The position numbers and the translations under genes are program-made. The notes under the pieces are model-generated. The model saw nothing but the letters and a program-made list of their open reading frames with translations, was not told the origin of the DNA and ran no database searches. Positions 7,950 through 16,586 of a DNA stretch of 16,586 nt are shown here, in pieces. The DNA is from Deltaproteobacteria bacterium (lineage in GTDB: Bacteria; Myxococcota; Kuafuiibacteriia; Kuafuiibacteriales; Kuafuiibacteriaceae). The stretch covers positions 1-16,586 of the forward strand of contig JAVJQW010000054.1 of the NCBI GenBank assembly GCA_040218735.1. The letters run 5' to 3'. How positions within the stretch are numbered: the first letter of the stretch is position 1; each line of letters starts with the position of its first letter.

Positions 7950-8001
7950 CGTCGGCGCAGGGGCACTCATGCGCGCCGCACGAGTGCGCGCCGCGCCGAC
8001 G
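7950..8001 (-). terminator. Long intergenic stem-loop after the ATPase pair (no U-tract)
   Basis: Outer arms cgtcggcgc (7950-7958) / gcgccgacg (7993-8001). Inner stem 7963-7987 pairs fully, with one G-U, only on the minus-strand transcript. Confidence 0.5.
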
Positions 8002-8029
8002 CGGGTTCGACCCGATGCCCTACGGGGAT

Positions 8030-9142
8030 TCAGCGGAGGATGTGGCCGGAGAGGATGTCGAGCGCCGGGAGGTCCTCGACGACCTCGTCGAGCAACGGCA
8101 ACGCGGTCGCCCCGCGCCCGCCGTCCTGCATCCCTTCCTTCTCGAGGTCCGCGAACAACGCGCGGTCCGAGACGATGCGCTGCTCCTCGAGCTTCGCGAA
8201 CGGCGTGAGCTTCGCGAGCGCGTCGGCGAGATCACCGGACGCGGTGATGTCCTGCGGGGACTCCGTCGCCTGGTCCGAAGCGTAGCTCCGGTTCAGGATG
8301 AAACCTTCCGACACGAGCCCGAGATCCTTGATGCGGCCCTTGAAGTACTTCGCCTCGGTGAGCGCGGCTTCGTCGGGCGACGCGATGACGATGAACGCGG
8401 CCTGGTCGGAGCGCAGGAGCTTCCGCACGCCCGACGCGTGGATGCGCATCTTCTGGAACAGCTTGCCGAACGCACCGAGGAAGTTCTGCAGCTCCTCCGC
8501 GAAGCTCTCGCCGAACGTCTTGGAGATCGCCGTGTTCACGACTTTCGACGCCGCGCGGATCATCGCGCCCGCGCGTTTCTCGGGATCGGGCGCGAAGATC
8601 GACAGCGTGCGTTCGTCGAGGAAACGCGCGAGGCGACGGGGTGCGTCGAGGAAGTCGAGCGCGTTCCGCGACGGCGGCGTGTCGAGGATGATCAGGTCGT
8701 ACGTCCCCGACTCGTTGAAGTTGTAGAGCGCCTCCGCCGCCGTGTACTCCTGCAGGCCGGTGATGACGTTCATCAGCGCTTGGTAGAGGCGCGTCGAACG
8801 GATCTTCGCGGCGTCCTCCTTCGAGGGCGCGAAGCGATCCACCACGCTCTCCAGCACGACCTGCGGATCGAGCATCCACGCGTGCAGCTCGCCGCCTTCC
8901 GGTACGTCGATCGATGCGTTGGCGAGAAGCGACGGATCGATCCGCACGGGCTCCTTGCCGGTCGGCGGGATCCCCAGCGCCTGCGCGAGGCGTCGCGCGG
9001 GATCGATCGTCAGCACCAGCGCGCGCCGTCCGGCCTTCGCGGCGGAGAGCGCGAGCGCAGCCGAGGTGGTGGTCTTGCCGACGCCGCCGGCGCCGCAGCA
9101 CACGATGATGCGCTTGTTGCGGACCAGCTCGTCGAGGTTCAC
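8030..9142 (-). CDS. ArsA/GET3-like (SIMIBI) ATPase, second subunit
   Basis: CCGAGGVGKTT Walker A, TIDPARRLAQALG switch I, YDLIILDTPP switch II. The GTG start overlaps the upstream TGA (GTGA at 9139-9142). Confidence 0.93.
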   Translation of the reverse strand: MNLDELVRNKRIIVCCGAGGVGKTTTSAALALSAAKAGRRALVLTIDPARRLAQALGIPPTGKEPVRIDPSLLANASIDVPEGGELHAWMLDPQVVLESVVDRFAPSKEDAAKIRSTRLYQALMNVITGLQEYTAAEALYNFNESGTYDLIILDTPPSRNALDFLDAPRRLARFLDERTLSIFAPDPEKRAGAMIRAASKVVNTAISKTFGESFAEELQNFLGAFGKLFQKMRIHASGVRKLLRSDQAAFIVIASPDEAALTEAKYFKGRIKDLGLVSEGFILNRSYASDQATESPQDITASGDLADALAKLTPFAKLEEQRIVSDRALFADLEKEGMQDGGRGATALPLLDEVVEDLPALDILSGHILR

Positions 9143-10077
9143 GGGGTGGCCCCCTGGATCTTCACCTCGTCGAGGAAGGTGGCGACCTCGCGCATGACGT
9201 CGCCGTGCGCGGTCTTGTCGGACTTCGGGATGGTGACCTTCGCGGCGGTCGCGGGGACTTCGGCTTCGAACTGTGCCTGCGCACCGAGCGCGCGCTCCAG
9301 TCGCCGGAACTCACGCGCGCCGAGGAGGAGCGAAGCCTCGCGTCCCTTCAGGTGATCGCGGAGCGCGTCCCGCTCGCCGTCCGTGAACGGGTTGTCGGGC
9401 ATCGCGTTGAGGATCATCGCGCGAACGCGGATGTCGAGCTTCTCGAGGCCGCGCGCGAGCTCGAGGGACTCGGTGACCGGCATCCCCTCCGGGAGCGTGA
9501 CGAGGACGGCGCAGCCGCGGGCGTCGTCGGTCATGGCGTCGAGGCCCTCCTGGATCGCCTGACCGATCAGCCCGGACGGGACCACGGAGAGGACGGTCTT
9601 CGGGAGCGACGCGAGGCCGAGCGCGTGGCCGGTCGCGGGGAGGTCGAGGATGATGTGGTCGAAACGCTTCGACCTCAGGAGCGTGACGAGGTGGTACAGC
9701 GTCCCGATCTCCGGGAACGCCGGGGCCGCCATCAGGAAACGGTTGAGCGCGGCGGACCGCATCGCCGCGTTCACGACCATCCCGACCTTGAGCGCGGCGG
9801 TCAGGAACAGCCGGTGCCCGGCGGACGGGGTGATCCGCACGCCGTAGAGGCGCTTTTCGAATTCGACGGGATCCTCGCCCTTCACGTCCGGGTGCCCGAA
9901 CAGGCCGAGGAGCTGCGACTTGGTGCTGGTGTCCGAGGTGACCTCGGCGATCAGGACGCGTTTGCCGGCGGTGTGGGCCGAGCGCGCGAGGGCGGCGGCC
10001 ACCGTGGTCTTCCCCACGCCGCCCTTCCCCGTGACGAGGACGAGCTCCTTGGCCCAGAGTGCTTCGTCGGCGCTCAT
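9139..10077 (-). CDS. ArsA/GET3-like (SIMIBI) ATPase, first subunit
   Basis: VTGKGGVGKTT, FDHIILDLPATGH, LVTLPEGMPVTE. ATG 10077 has GGAGG 10 nt upstream. Confidence 0.92.
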   Translation of the reverse strand: MSADEALWAKELVLVTGKGGVGKTTVAAALARSAHTAGKRVLIAEVTSDTSTKSQLLGLFGHPDVKGEDPVEFEKRLYGVRITPSAGHRLFLTAALKVGMVVNAAMRSAALNRFLMAAPAFPEIGTLYHLVTLLRSKRFDHIILDLPATGHALGLASLPKTVLSVVPSGLIGQAIQEGLDAMTDDARGCAVLVTLPEGMPVTESLELARGLEKLDIRVRAMILNAMPDNPFTDGERDALRDHLKGREASLLLGAREFRRLERALGAQAQFEAEVPATAAKVTIPKSDKTAHGDVMREVATFLDEVKIQGATP

Positions 10078-10188
10078 CCCGGCAACGCCTCCGTGTCGCA
10101 CGGTTTCACGTCCGTCACAACGATCGAGCGCCCGCGGGTCTGCCGCGGTTGACCCGCGACCTCGATTGCCCCGACAAGGGGCCCGCCG

Positions 10189-10479
10189 ATGTACACGGAG
10201 TCCGGCAATCGGCTGCGGCGGATCGCGTCGCGCCTGCTCGCGAAGGACACGGTGTTCGAGATCGTGCAGGGCGGGCTCCGCGTCACGCTCGAGGCGCGCC
10301 GCGCCGTGGATCGCAACGTGGGACGGGTGCTCGCGGGGCTGAACGTCCCGTCCAACCAGGAGGTGGAGCTGCTCGTCGAGGAGGTTCGCGCGCTCGACCG
10401 CGAGCTGTCGCAGCTGTCGGTCCGCATCGAGCGCCTGGCCGAAGAGGCCGAAAACGGGCCGCGCGCGAACGGGCGTTGA
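10189..10479 (+). CDS. Small coiled-coil protein, phasin/PHA-granule-associated-like
   Basis: 96 aa. RVLAGLNVPSNQEVELL followed by leucine heptads resembles the L..LN.PS..(D/E)V..L motif of PhaI/PhaF-type phasins and the PhaE C-terminus. AAGGGG lies upstream. Confidence 0.65.
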   Translation: MYTESGNRLRRIASRLLAKDTVFEIVQGGLRVTLEARRAVDRNVGRVLAGLNVPSNQEVELLVEEVRALDRELSQLSVRIERLAEEAENGPRANGR

Positions 10480-10577
10480 CCCTCCCTTGGAAAGTCTCCA
10501 CCATTGCCGCCACTTAGGGCCCAGTGCTATGACCCCGAAACGAAGGCGCGCCTCGGTGCGCGGCTAGGTCCGTTCTC

Positions 10578-11983
<1,406 letters not shown>

Positions 11984-11987
<4 letters not shown>

Positions 11988-12667
11988 TCGACGAAGCGCG
12001 CCTGCAGCAGGTCGCGCTGCTCCACGAAGACGACGACATCGCGGTGCTCGTGAAGCCGCCGGGCCTCGCCGTGCACGGCGGCGCGGGGGAGAAGAAGACG
12101 TTGCTCGATGTGTTGGGGGCGGCGGATCCCGCGACGTCGTGGACGCTCGTACACCGGCTCGACAAGGCGACGAGCGGAGTGATGGTGGTGGCCAAGTCGG
12201 CGGCAGTGGCGTCCTCGCTCGCGGCGCAGTGGGATTCCACTCAAAAGAACTACGTGGCGTTGGCGTTCGGACATATGTCCGCGACGACCATCACCCGTCC
12301 GATCGTCGACAAACACGGCAACAAGCAGAGCGCGGTGACGCAGGTGACTTCGGCGCAGCCGTTGGCGTCGACGACGTTGCTGAACATCACGCTGCACACG
12401 GGTCGAAAGCACCAGATTCGGCGGCACCTCGCGGACGCGGGGTACCCGATCGCGATGGACGACAAGTACGGGGACTTTCGGCGAAACAAGGCGTTCGTGC
12501 GTGCGCTGAGAGAACACGGTGCGCCGCGTCCGAAGCACCTGTTCCTCGCCGCGGTGCGTCTGGTGCTCGCGGACGGTCGTGCGTTCGATGCACCACTTTT
12601 CGACGTTTGGCGCGCGGTGCTCGAAGCGGAGGGCAGCGCGGTCGACGAACTCGCGTTCCTTACGTAG
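11984..12667 (+). CDS. RluA-family RNA pseudouridine synthase (no S4 domain)
   Basis: KPPGLAVH, catalytic HRLDKATSG, TGRKHQIRRHL, YPIAMDDKYG. GTGA overlap with the upstream gene. Confidence 0.93.
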
Positions 12668-12686
12668 GATGCGACGGACCTACGGG

Positions 12687-15401
12687 ATGCTCTGTCGTGA
12701 GTGCGGAACCCCGAATCGTTCGGGCGCACGCCGATGCGTGCGATGTATGGCCGTCCTCATCGACGAGGTCGACACACGCCACGATCCGAACCGGTACCGG
12801 CGCCCCGCGCCGCAGGCGCCGTCGACGCAGATGCCCGACGAGGCGCCTTCACTTGTGGAAGAGGACGACACGATCCTCGGGATGCCGATCCCCGACACCG
12901 TCGCGGACACGTCGGCGCGCGGGATCGACGAGATCGACTTCGACAACGAGGGGCACACCGCGCACAGCCTCGACGCCGACACGGACGAGGACATGTACGC
13001 GGACGAGACGATCGTCGCGGAGGTGCAGTCGAAGCGTCCGGCGCCCGCCGGGCGCACGGCACGCGCGGAGCCGTGGGAGGACGTCGCCGAGGCGGCGCGC
13101 GGACCGGCGGGTCGTCGGTTCGTGGACGACCAGCCGACGAACGTCCCGCTGACGCGGCCCAAGCCGAAGTCGCGGGCGCAGACCGACGCGGCGCTGAGCG
13201 AGTTGAAGTCGTGGGCGGAGAATCGCCAGCGGTCGCGCTCGACGAACACCGGGCGGGCCGCGGCGCCGCGCGACAAGACGGCGGGGATGGCGTTGCCGTC
13301 GTTCCCGACGCCGAAGCCGTCCGGCCGTCTGCGTCCGAAGCCGTCGAAGTCGGAGCCGGTGATGGAGCTCGAGGTCGAGGACCGGCCGACGGTGCCGATC
13401 CTCGACGAGGAGACGGGGGACTTCGTCGTGGAAGCGTCGACGGGGGACCTCGGCGAGATCTCGACGCTCGGCGTCGGACACGCGGGCGGCGACGCACGGC
13501 ACCGCGCGCCCACGCGCGTCCCGGTCGACGACGCGACGCCCGTCGCGGGCTCGCAGGTCCCGGCGCGTCGGCCCTCCCCCCGCCGCGCGAAGCCGGAGAC
13601 TGGCCAGCGCCCGATCTCGCCGCCCAGCGCGTCGATGCGGCCGGCGGCAGACGAGGCGGTGCGTTCGGTGGACCACGCACGGCGCGCCGAGGCGGGGCGG
13701 GCGGAGGCCAGCCAGCGCCCGATCTCGCCGCCGAGCGCGTCGATGCGGCAGGCCGCGGAACGCGGACCACGTTCGGTCGACCCCGGCGACGCCAAGCGCG
13801 CCGAGGCGGGCCGCGCGAACGAACGCGCGGAGGCGGGCCGCGCGAACGAGCGCGCGGAGGCGGGTCGCACGAACCAGCGCTCGGAGGCGGGTCGCGGTGA
13901 GCTTCGTCGCGGCGCCGAGCACGGCGATCCCCAGCGCGCGGATCCTCATCGCGGCGCGGATCGCGCCGAGGCTCCTCGCGGCGCGAAGTCGCGGGGCGCC
14001 GCCGCGCGTGACGCCGATCAGGTCGCGCCCACGCGCCCGACGCCGGTGGGGAGCGCGGCGGCCGCGGCGGATCCTTCGGTGCGCGCCTACAAGAAGTCGC
14101 AGCCCGACCCCGTCTCGGACCTCGTCCTCACCACGCCCGGCGGCGGGACGCCGGCGCTGCGGCCGCAGAAGATCGTCCCGAACCCGCCGCCGCCGCGTGC
14201 GCCGCGCGGGGTCACGCGTTCGATCGCGAGCGACGCTCTGTCGCCGGTGGTGCCGACCGACCTCGACGACGCCGAGCCGTCCGGTGAGTCCACGCGGCTC
14301 GGCAACCTCGCGGACCCGTCGGCGGATCTGTTGATGGCGATGCCGGTGCATCACGATCGTCCGGCCGACGACGAGGGGCCCTCCGAGACGATCGCGGCGC
14401 CCGGTCAGCTCGCGGGCGCTGCGCCGCGGAGCTTGTCCGGGCTGGTGAAGGATCTCGACGCCGGCCCGTCGGAGCCGATGTCACCGCCCCCGATCCTCTC
14501 CACCGCGAGCGAGGTGCGCCGCGGCCTCGCCGAACACCTCGGCGGAGAGAAAGACTCGCGAACGGCGGATCAGCGACGGCTCCGCAACGCGCGGAGCGAG
14601 ACGACGGACCCGGAGATGTCGGACGTCGCCGGCCCGGATACGGGCGGACGCGAGGACACCAAGCGCCTCGGCAAGGAGGTCGTGCAGGCGGTGTTTGCGC
14701 AGGAGGAGACCGCCGGCCTCCTCGACGCGTTGGAGCCGGGGCCCGACACCGCGCCGGTGCTCGACGATCCGTCCGCGGACGTCTTCCGCCCCACGCCGCT
14801 GCAGCTCGATCCCTCGGCGCCCACGGGTGCGTCGCCGAGCCCGACGGGGTTCGACGCGGGCGCGCCGACGGGTGACCAGCTGATGCCGTTGGGCGTCGAC
14901 GTCTCGTTCGACGCGATCCCCGCGACGACCGACGCGTCCGATTCGCGCCGTCGTCTCGCGGTCGGGGTTCGTCGCTTCGGTGCCGTCCTGATCGACGCGA
15001 CGATCCTCGTCGCGCTGATCGCCGTGCCTGCGCTGTTCGGCGTCTTCTCGGAGGCGATCCCCAACGCGTCGTTGGTCGAGCCCGACGACGTCGCGGCGCT
15101 CCTCGTCGACGGCCACCTCACGTTGCCGTTGGTGTTCGGCGTCGTGCTGTACCTCGTCTACTCGGTCCTCGCGCACACGTTCGGCGGCCGCACCCTCGGC
15201 AAGCTCGCGCTGGGGCTCGAGCTCGTGAACACCAAGACAGGCGACCGCGTCACGCCGCTGCGCGCGATTCTCCGCGCGGTGTTCGGTTTGGTCGGGCTCC
15301 TCGCCGGGGGGATCGGATACTTCTGGCTGCTCTTGGATCGGCGCGGGCGAACGCTGCACGATCACCTCGCCCGCACCACCGTCGTCCTCGCCGAGCGGTG
15401 A
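12687..15401 (+). CDS. Zinc-ribbon + long low-complexity linker + RDD-family membrane domain protein (~904 aa)
   Basis: N-terminal CRECG..RRCVRC. C-terminal RRFGAVLID, GRTLGKLALGL and RTLHDHLARTTVV with hydrophobic helices. Start ATG 12687 or 12669; the ORF-track start at 12519 overlaps the RluA-family gene. Confidence 0.88.
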   Translation: MLCRECGTPNRSGARRCVRCMAVLIDEVDTRHDPNRYRRPAPQAPSTQMPDEAPSLVEEDDTILGMPIPDTVADTSARGIDEIDFDNEGHTAHSLDADTDEDMYADETIVAEVQSKRPAPAGRTARAEPWEDVAEAARGPAGRRFVDDQPTNVPLTRPKPKSRAQTDAALSELKSWAENRQRSRSTNTGRAAAPRDKTAGMALPSFPTPKPSGRLRPKPSKSEPVMELEVEDRPTVPILDEETGDFVVEASTGDLGEISTLGVGHAGGDARHRAPTRVPVDDATPVAGSQVPARRPSPRRAKPETGQRPISPPSASMRPAADEAVRSVDHARRAEAGRAEASQRPISPPSASMRQAAERGPRSVDPGDAKRAEAGRANERAEAGRANERAEAGRTNQRSEAGRGELRRGAEHGDPQRADPHRGADRAEAPRGAKSRGAAARDADQVAPTRPTPVGSAAAAADPSVRAYKKSQPDPVSDLVLTTPGGGTPALRPQKIVPNPPPPRAPRGVTRSIASDALSPVVPTDLDDAEPSGESTRLGNLADPSADLLMAMPVHHDRPADDEGPSETIAAPGQLAGAAPRSLSGLVKDLDAGPSEPMSPPPILSTASEVRRGLAEHLGGEKDSRTADQRRLRNARSETTDPEMSDVAGPDTGGREDTKRLGKEVVQAVFAQEETAGLLDALEPGPDTAPVLDDPSADVFRPTPLQLDPSAPTGASPSPTGFDAGAPTGDQLMPLGVDVSFDAIPATTDASDSRRRLAVGVRRFGAVLIDATILVALIAVPALFGVFSEAIPNASLVEPDDVAALLVDGHLTLPLVFGVVLYLVYSVLAHTFGGRTLGKLALGLELVNTKTGDRVTPLRAILRAVFGLVGLLAGGIGYFWLLLDRRGRTLHDHLARTTVVLAER
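13603..13901 (+). repeat. Coding repeats in the RDD protein linker
   Basis: QRPISPPSASMR twice (13603 and 13711, 108 bp apart). 27-bp RAEAGRANE-type unit at 13797, 13824, 13851 and 13878. Confidence 0.9.
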
Positions 15402-15404
15402 CGC

Positions 15405-15556
15405 TAGGCTGAGGCCCGGCGCGGCGGGTCGGAAGACTGTGCCCAGGTCACTCGCGAAGCGAGGGACCGTTACGGCCTTAGGCTGAGGCCCGGCGCGGAG
15501 CGGCGGGTCGGAAGACTGTGCCCAGGTCACTCGCGAAGCGAGGGACCGTTATGGCG
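15405..15556. repeat. Two tandem ~74-78 bp REP-like hairpin repeats
   Basis: 15405-15478 and 15479-15556 are near identical (5-bp insertion in copy 2, small differences at the tail). Each contains ggtc-a-ctcgc-GAA-gcgag-g-gacc (15446-15468 and 15525-15547). Confidence 0.92.
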
Positions 15557-15562
15557 TAGAAG

Positions 15563-15590
15563 CAATGCCGTTAACTAAGCGGATCTGGCC
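15563..15590 (+). repeat. Terminal inverted repeat, IS4-like
   Basis: CAATGCCGTTAACTAAGCGGATCTGGCC; inverted partner at 830-857. Confidence 0.8.
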
Positions 15591-15763
15591 TGGCTCGAGC
15601 TCCCATCAGGCGGCGCGGGGCGCCTCGACGTAGGGCAGCGCGCCGGCGCCGAGGAGCGACTCGTCCCTCGGCCGCCGTTTCGCGGGGCTGGTGAAGGAGG
15701 GGGTCCGCGGGCCGCAGTGCTCCGAAGGAGGGCCGCACTCTCGAAAACTGGCTGGTATCGCTC

Positions 15764-16586
15764 TCACGAACTGCCCTCCGCGCGTGCCGGTGGCGTCGGA
15801 TGCGGTTCACGCCGAGGACGCTCGGAACACGCGCCTTGCCTGGGCAGGGTAGAGCGGCGCTCGTGGATCCTCCGATCGACGAGGGCGTGACCCAACACCT
15901 CCCGCGCCGCGTGAAGGTTGTGCGCGCGACACAGTAATCGCAGCTCGCCGACCACGCTCTTGGCGCCCAACGCACGTCCGCCGACATGATCGAATTCGAG
16001 GTTCGACCGTTCGCTGCATCGCCGTCCGTCCGGGCTCACGTACGTGCACTGCGCGCCGTCGCGCTCGACCACTGCACGCCGCGTTGCCGCCGGGACGTAC
16101 GCTGCGCCCGCCGGCGCATCCTCGGCGGGTTTCGATCGCGGACGACTCGTCTTTCCGTTCTTCCGCTTCTCGAGCTTCTCCACGTAGAGCGCGAGCGCCG
16201 CTTCGAAGATCTCCCCGATGTCCGTCCCAGGCGGGGTGAGCTCCTTGGCTCGATCCAAGAGCGCCTTCGCTTCGGCGCTCCCGTCGAAGCGAAAAGCGAA
16301 CGTCTCCGCGGTCGCCGCCTCGACGCGATCGTCACTGCTCTTCGCGCCTGGGAATTCGGTAGCGATCAGCATCTCGACCTCGGCCTTGGACTTGTTCCGC
16401 GCCTGCTCGACGAGGCTGTGGGCGTTGTCGTCGTTCATGAACTTGGAGAGCTTCGCGACGCCCGTCATGTGCAGCTCGCCGGTCGCGATCATCTGGAAGA
16501 CCTCGGGCACCCGCCGCGCCGCGCGCACTACGGCGACGCGCCGGCACGCCTGGTCCTCGGTCAGCCCGAGCCCCTCGACGCAGAAC
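15764..16586 (-). CDS. HNH endonuclease-domain repeat-family (DUF222-like) protein, 5'-truncated by the window end
   Basis: RRAVVERDGAQCTYVSPDGRRC..LEFDHV..LRLLCRAHN. The frame stays open to the window end (FCVEGLGLTEDQACRRVAVV), so GTG 16528 is not the true start. Confidence 0.9.
   Translation of the reverse strand, partial: FCVEGLGLTEDQACRRVAVVRAARRVPEVFQMIATGELHMTGVAKLSKFMNDDNAHSLVEQARNKSKAEVEMLIATEFPGAKSSDDRVEAATAETFAFRFDGSAEAKALLDRAKELTPPGTDIGEIFEAALALYVEKLEKRKNGKTSRPRSKPAEDAPAGAAYVPAATRRAVVERDGAQCTYVSPDGRRCSERSNLEFDHVGGRALGAKSVVGELRLLCRAHNLHAAREVLGHALVDRRIHERRSTLPRQGACSERPRREPHPTPPARAEGSS

Larger units (their letters stand above)
15563..16586. mobile_element. Other end of the TIR-bounded HNH element (copy B: TIR, ~200 bp hairpin-rich region, gene 3' part)
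   Basis: TIR, HNH ORF and 83-bp overlap with the window start. Confidence 0.7.

Noticed and set aside
8030-10077. Arsenic-resistance arsA
   Set aside because: No ars operon genes are present, and the motif pattern fits the GET3-like/Rv3679-80-type pairs.
10476-10533. Sigma70-type promoter for the FHA activator (TTGACC or TTGCCG with TGCTATGAC)
   Set aside because: The -10 matches are weak and several alternatives exist, so it cannot be supported from sequence alone.
15405-15556. CRISPR array or integron attC sites
   Set aside because: Only two adjacent units with no unique spacers and no cas genes. GTTACGG/GTTATGG do not fit GTTRRRY, no paired RYYYAAC is present, and there is no integrase.
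15764-16586. IscB/Cas9-like nuclease
   Set aside because: The reconstructed protein is ~330 aa with no RuvC or PLMP motifs, and the ends are inverted repeats rather than IS200/IS605 hairpin ends.

Overview
A GC-rich, probably myxobacterial (Myxococcota-like) segment; the taxonomy is inferred from gene content. Both ends of the window lie in the same repeat element. Bases 1-83 equal 16504-16586 except for one synonymous SNP, and the two ends join in frame into a ~330-aa HNH-domain gene. That gene is enclosed by 28-bp imperfect terminal inverted repeats (830-857 and 15563-15590) resembling IS4-family ends, giving a reconstructed ~1.8-kb element with no transposase. The first block between the copies is a probable sigma54-driven minus-strand operon: 69-aa membrane protein, cardiolipin-synthase-type PLD, AarF/UbiB kinase and an ADP-ribosyltransferase-like protein. 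Next come an M16 peptidase, a selenoprotein that the ORF track splits in two (lipoprotein, thioredoxin-fold W-U-P-D-C motif, SECIS-like hairpin after the UGA) and a hypothetical gene. A coupled pair of ArsA/GET3-like ATPases is divergent from a phasin-like gene. The last block is an FHA-sigma54 activator, an RluA-family pseudouridine synthase, a zinc-ribbon/RDD membrane protein and a tandem hairpin repeat. All family assignments come from reading motifs by eye; no database search was run.
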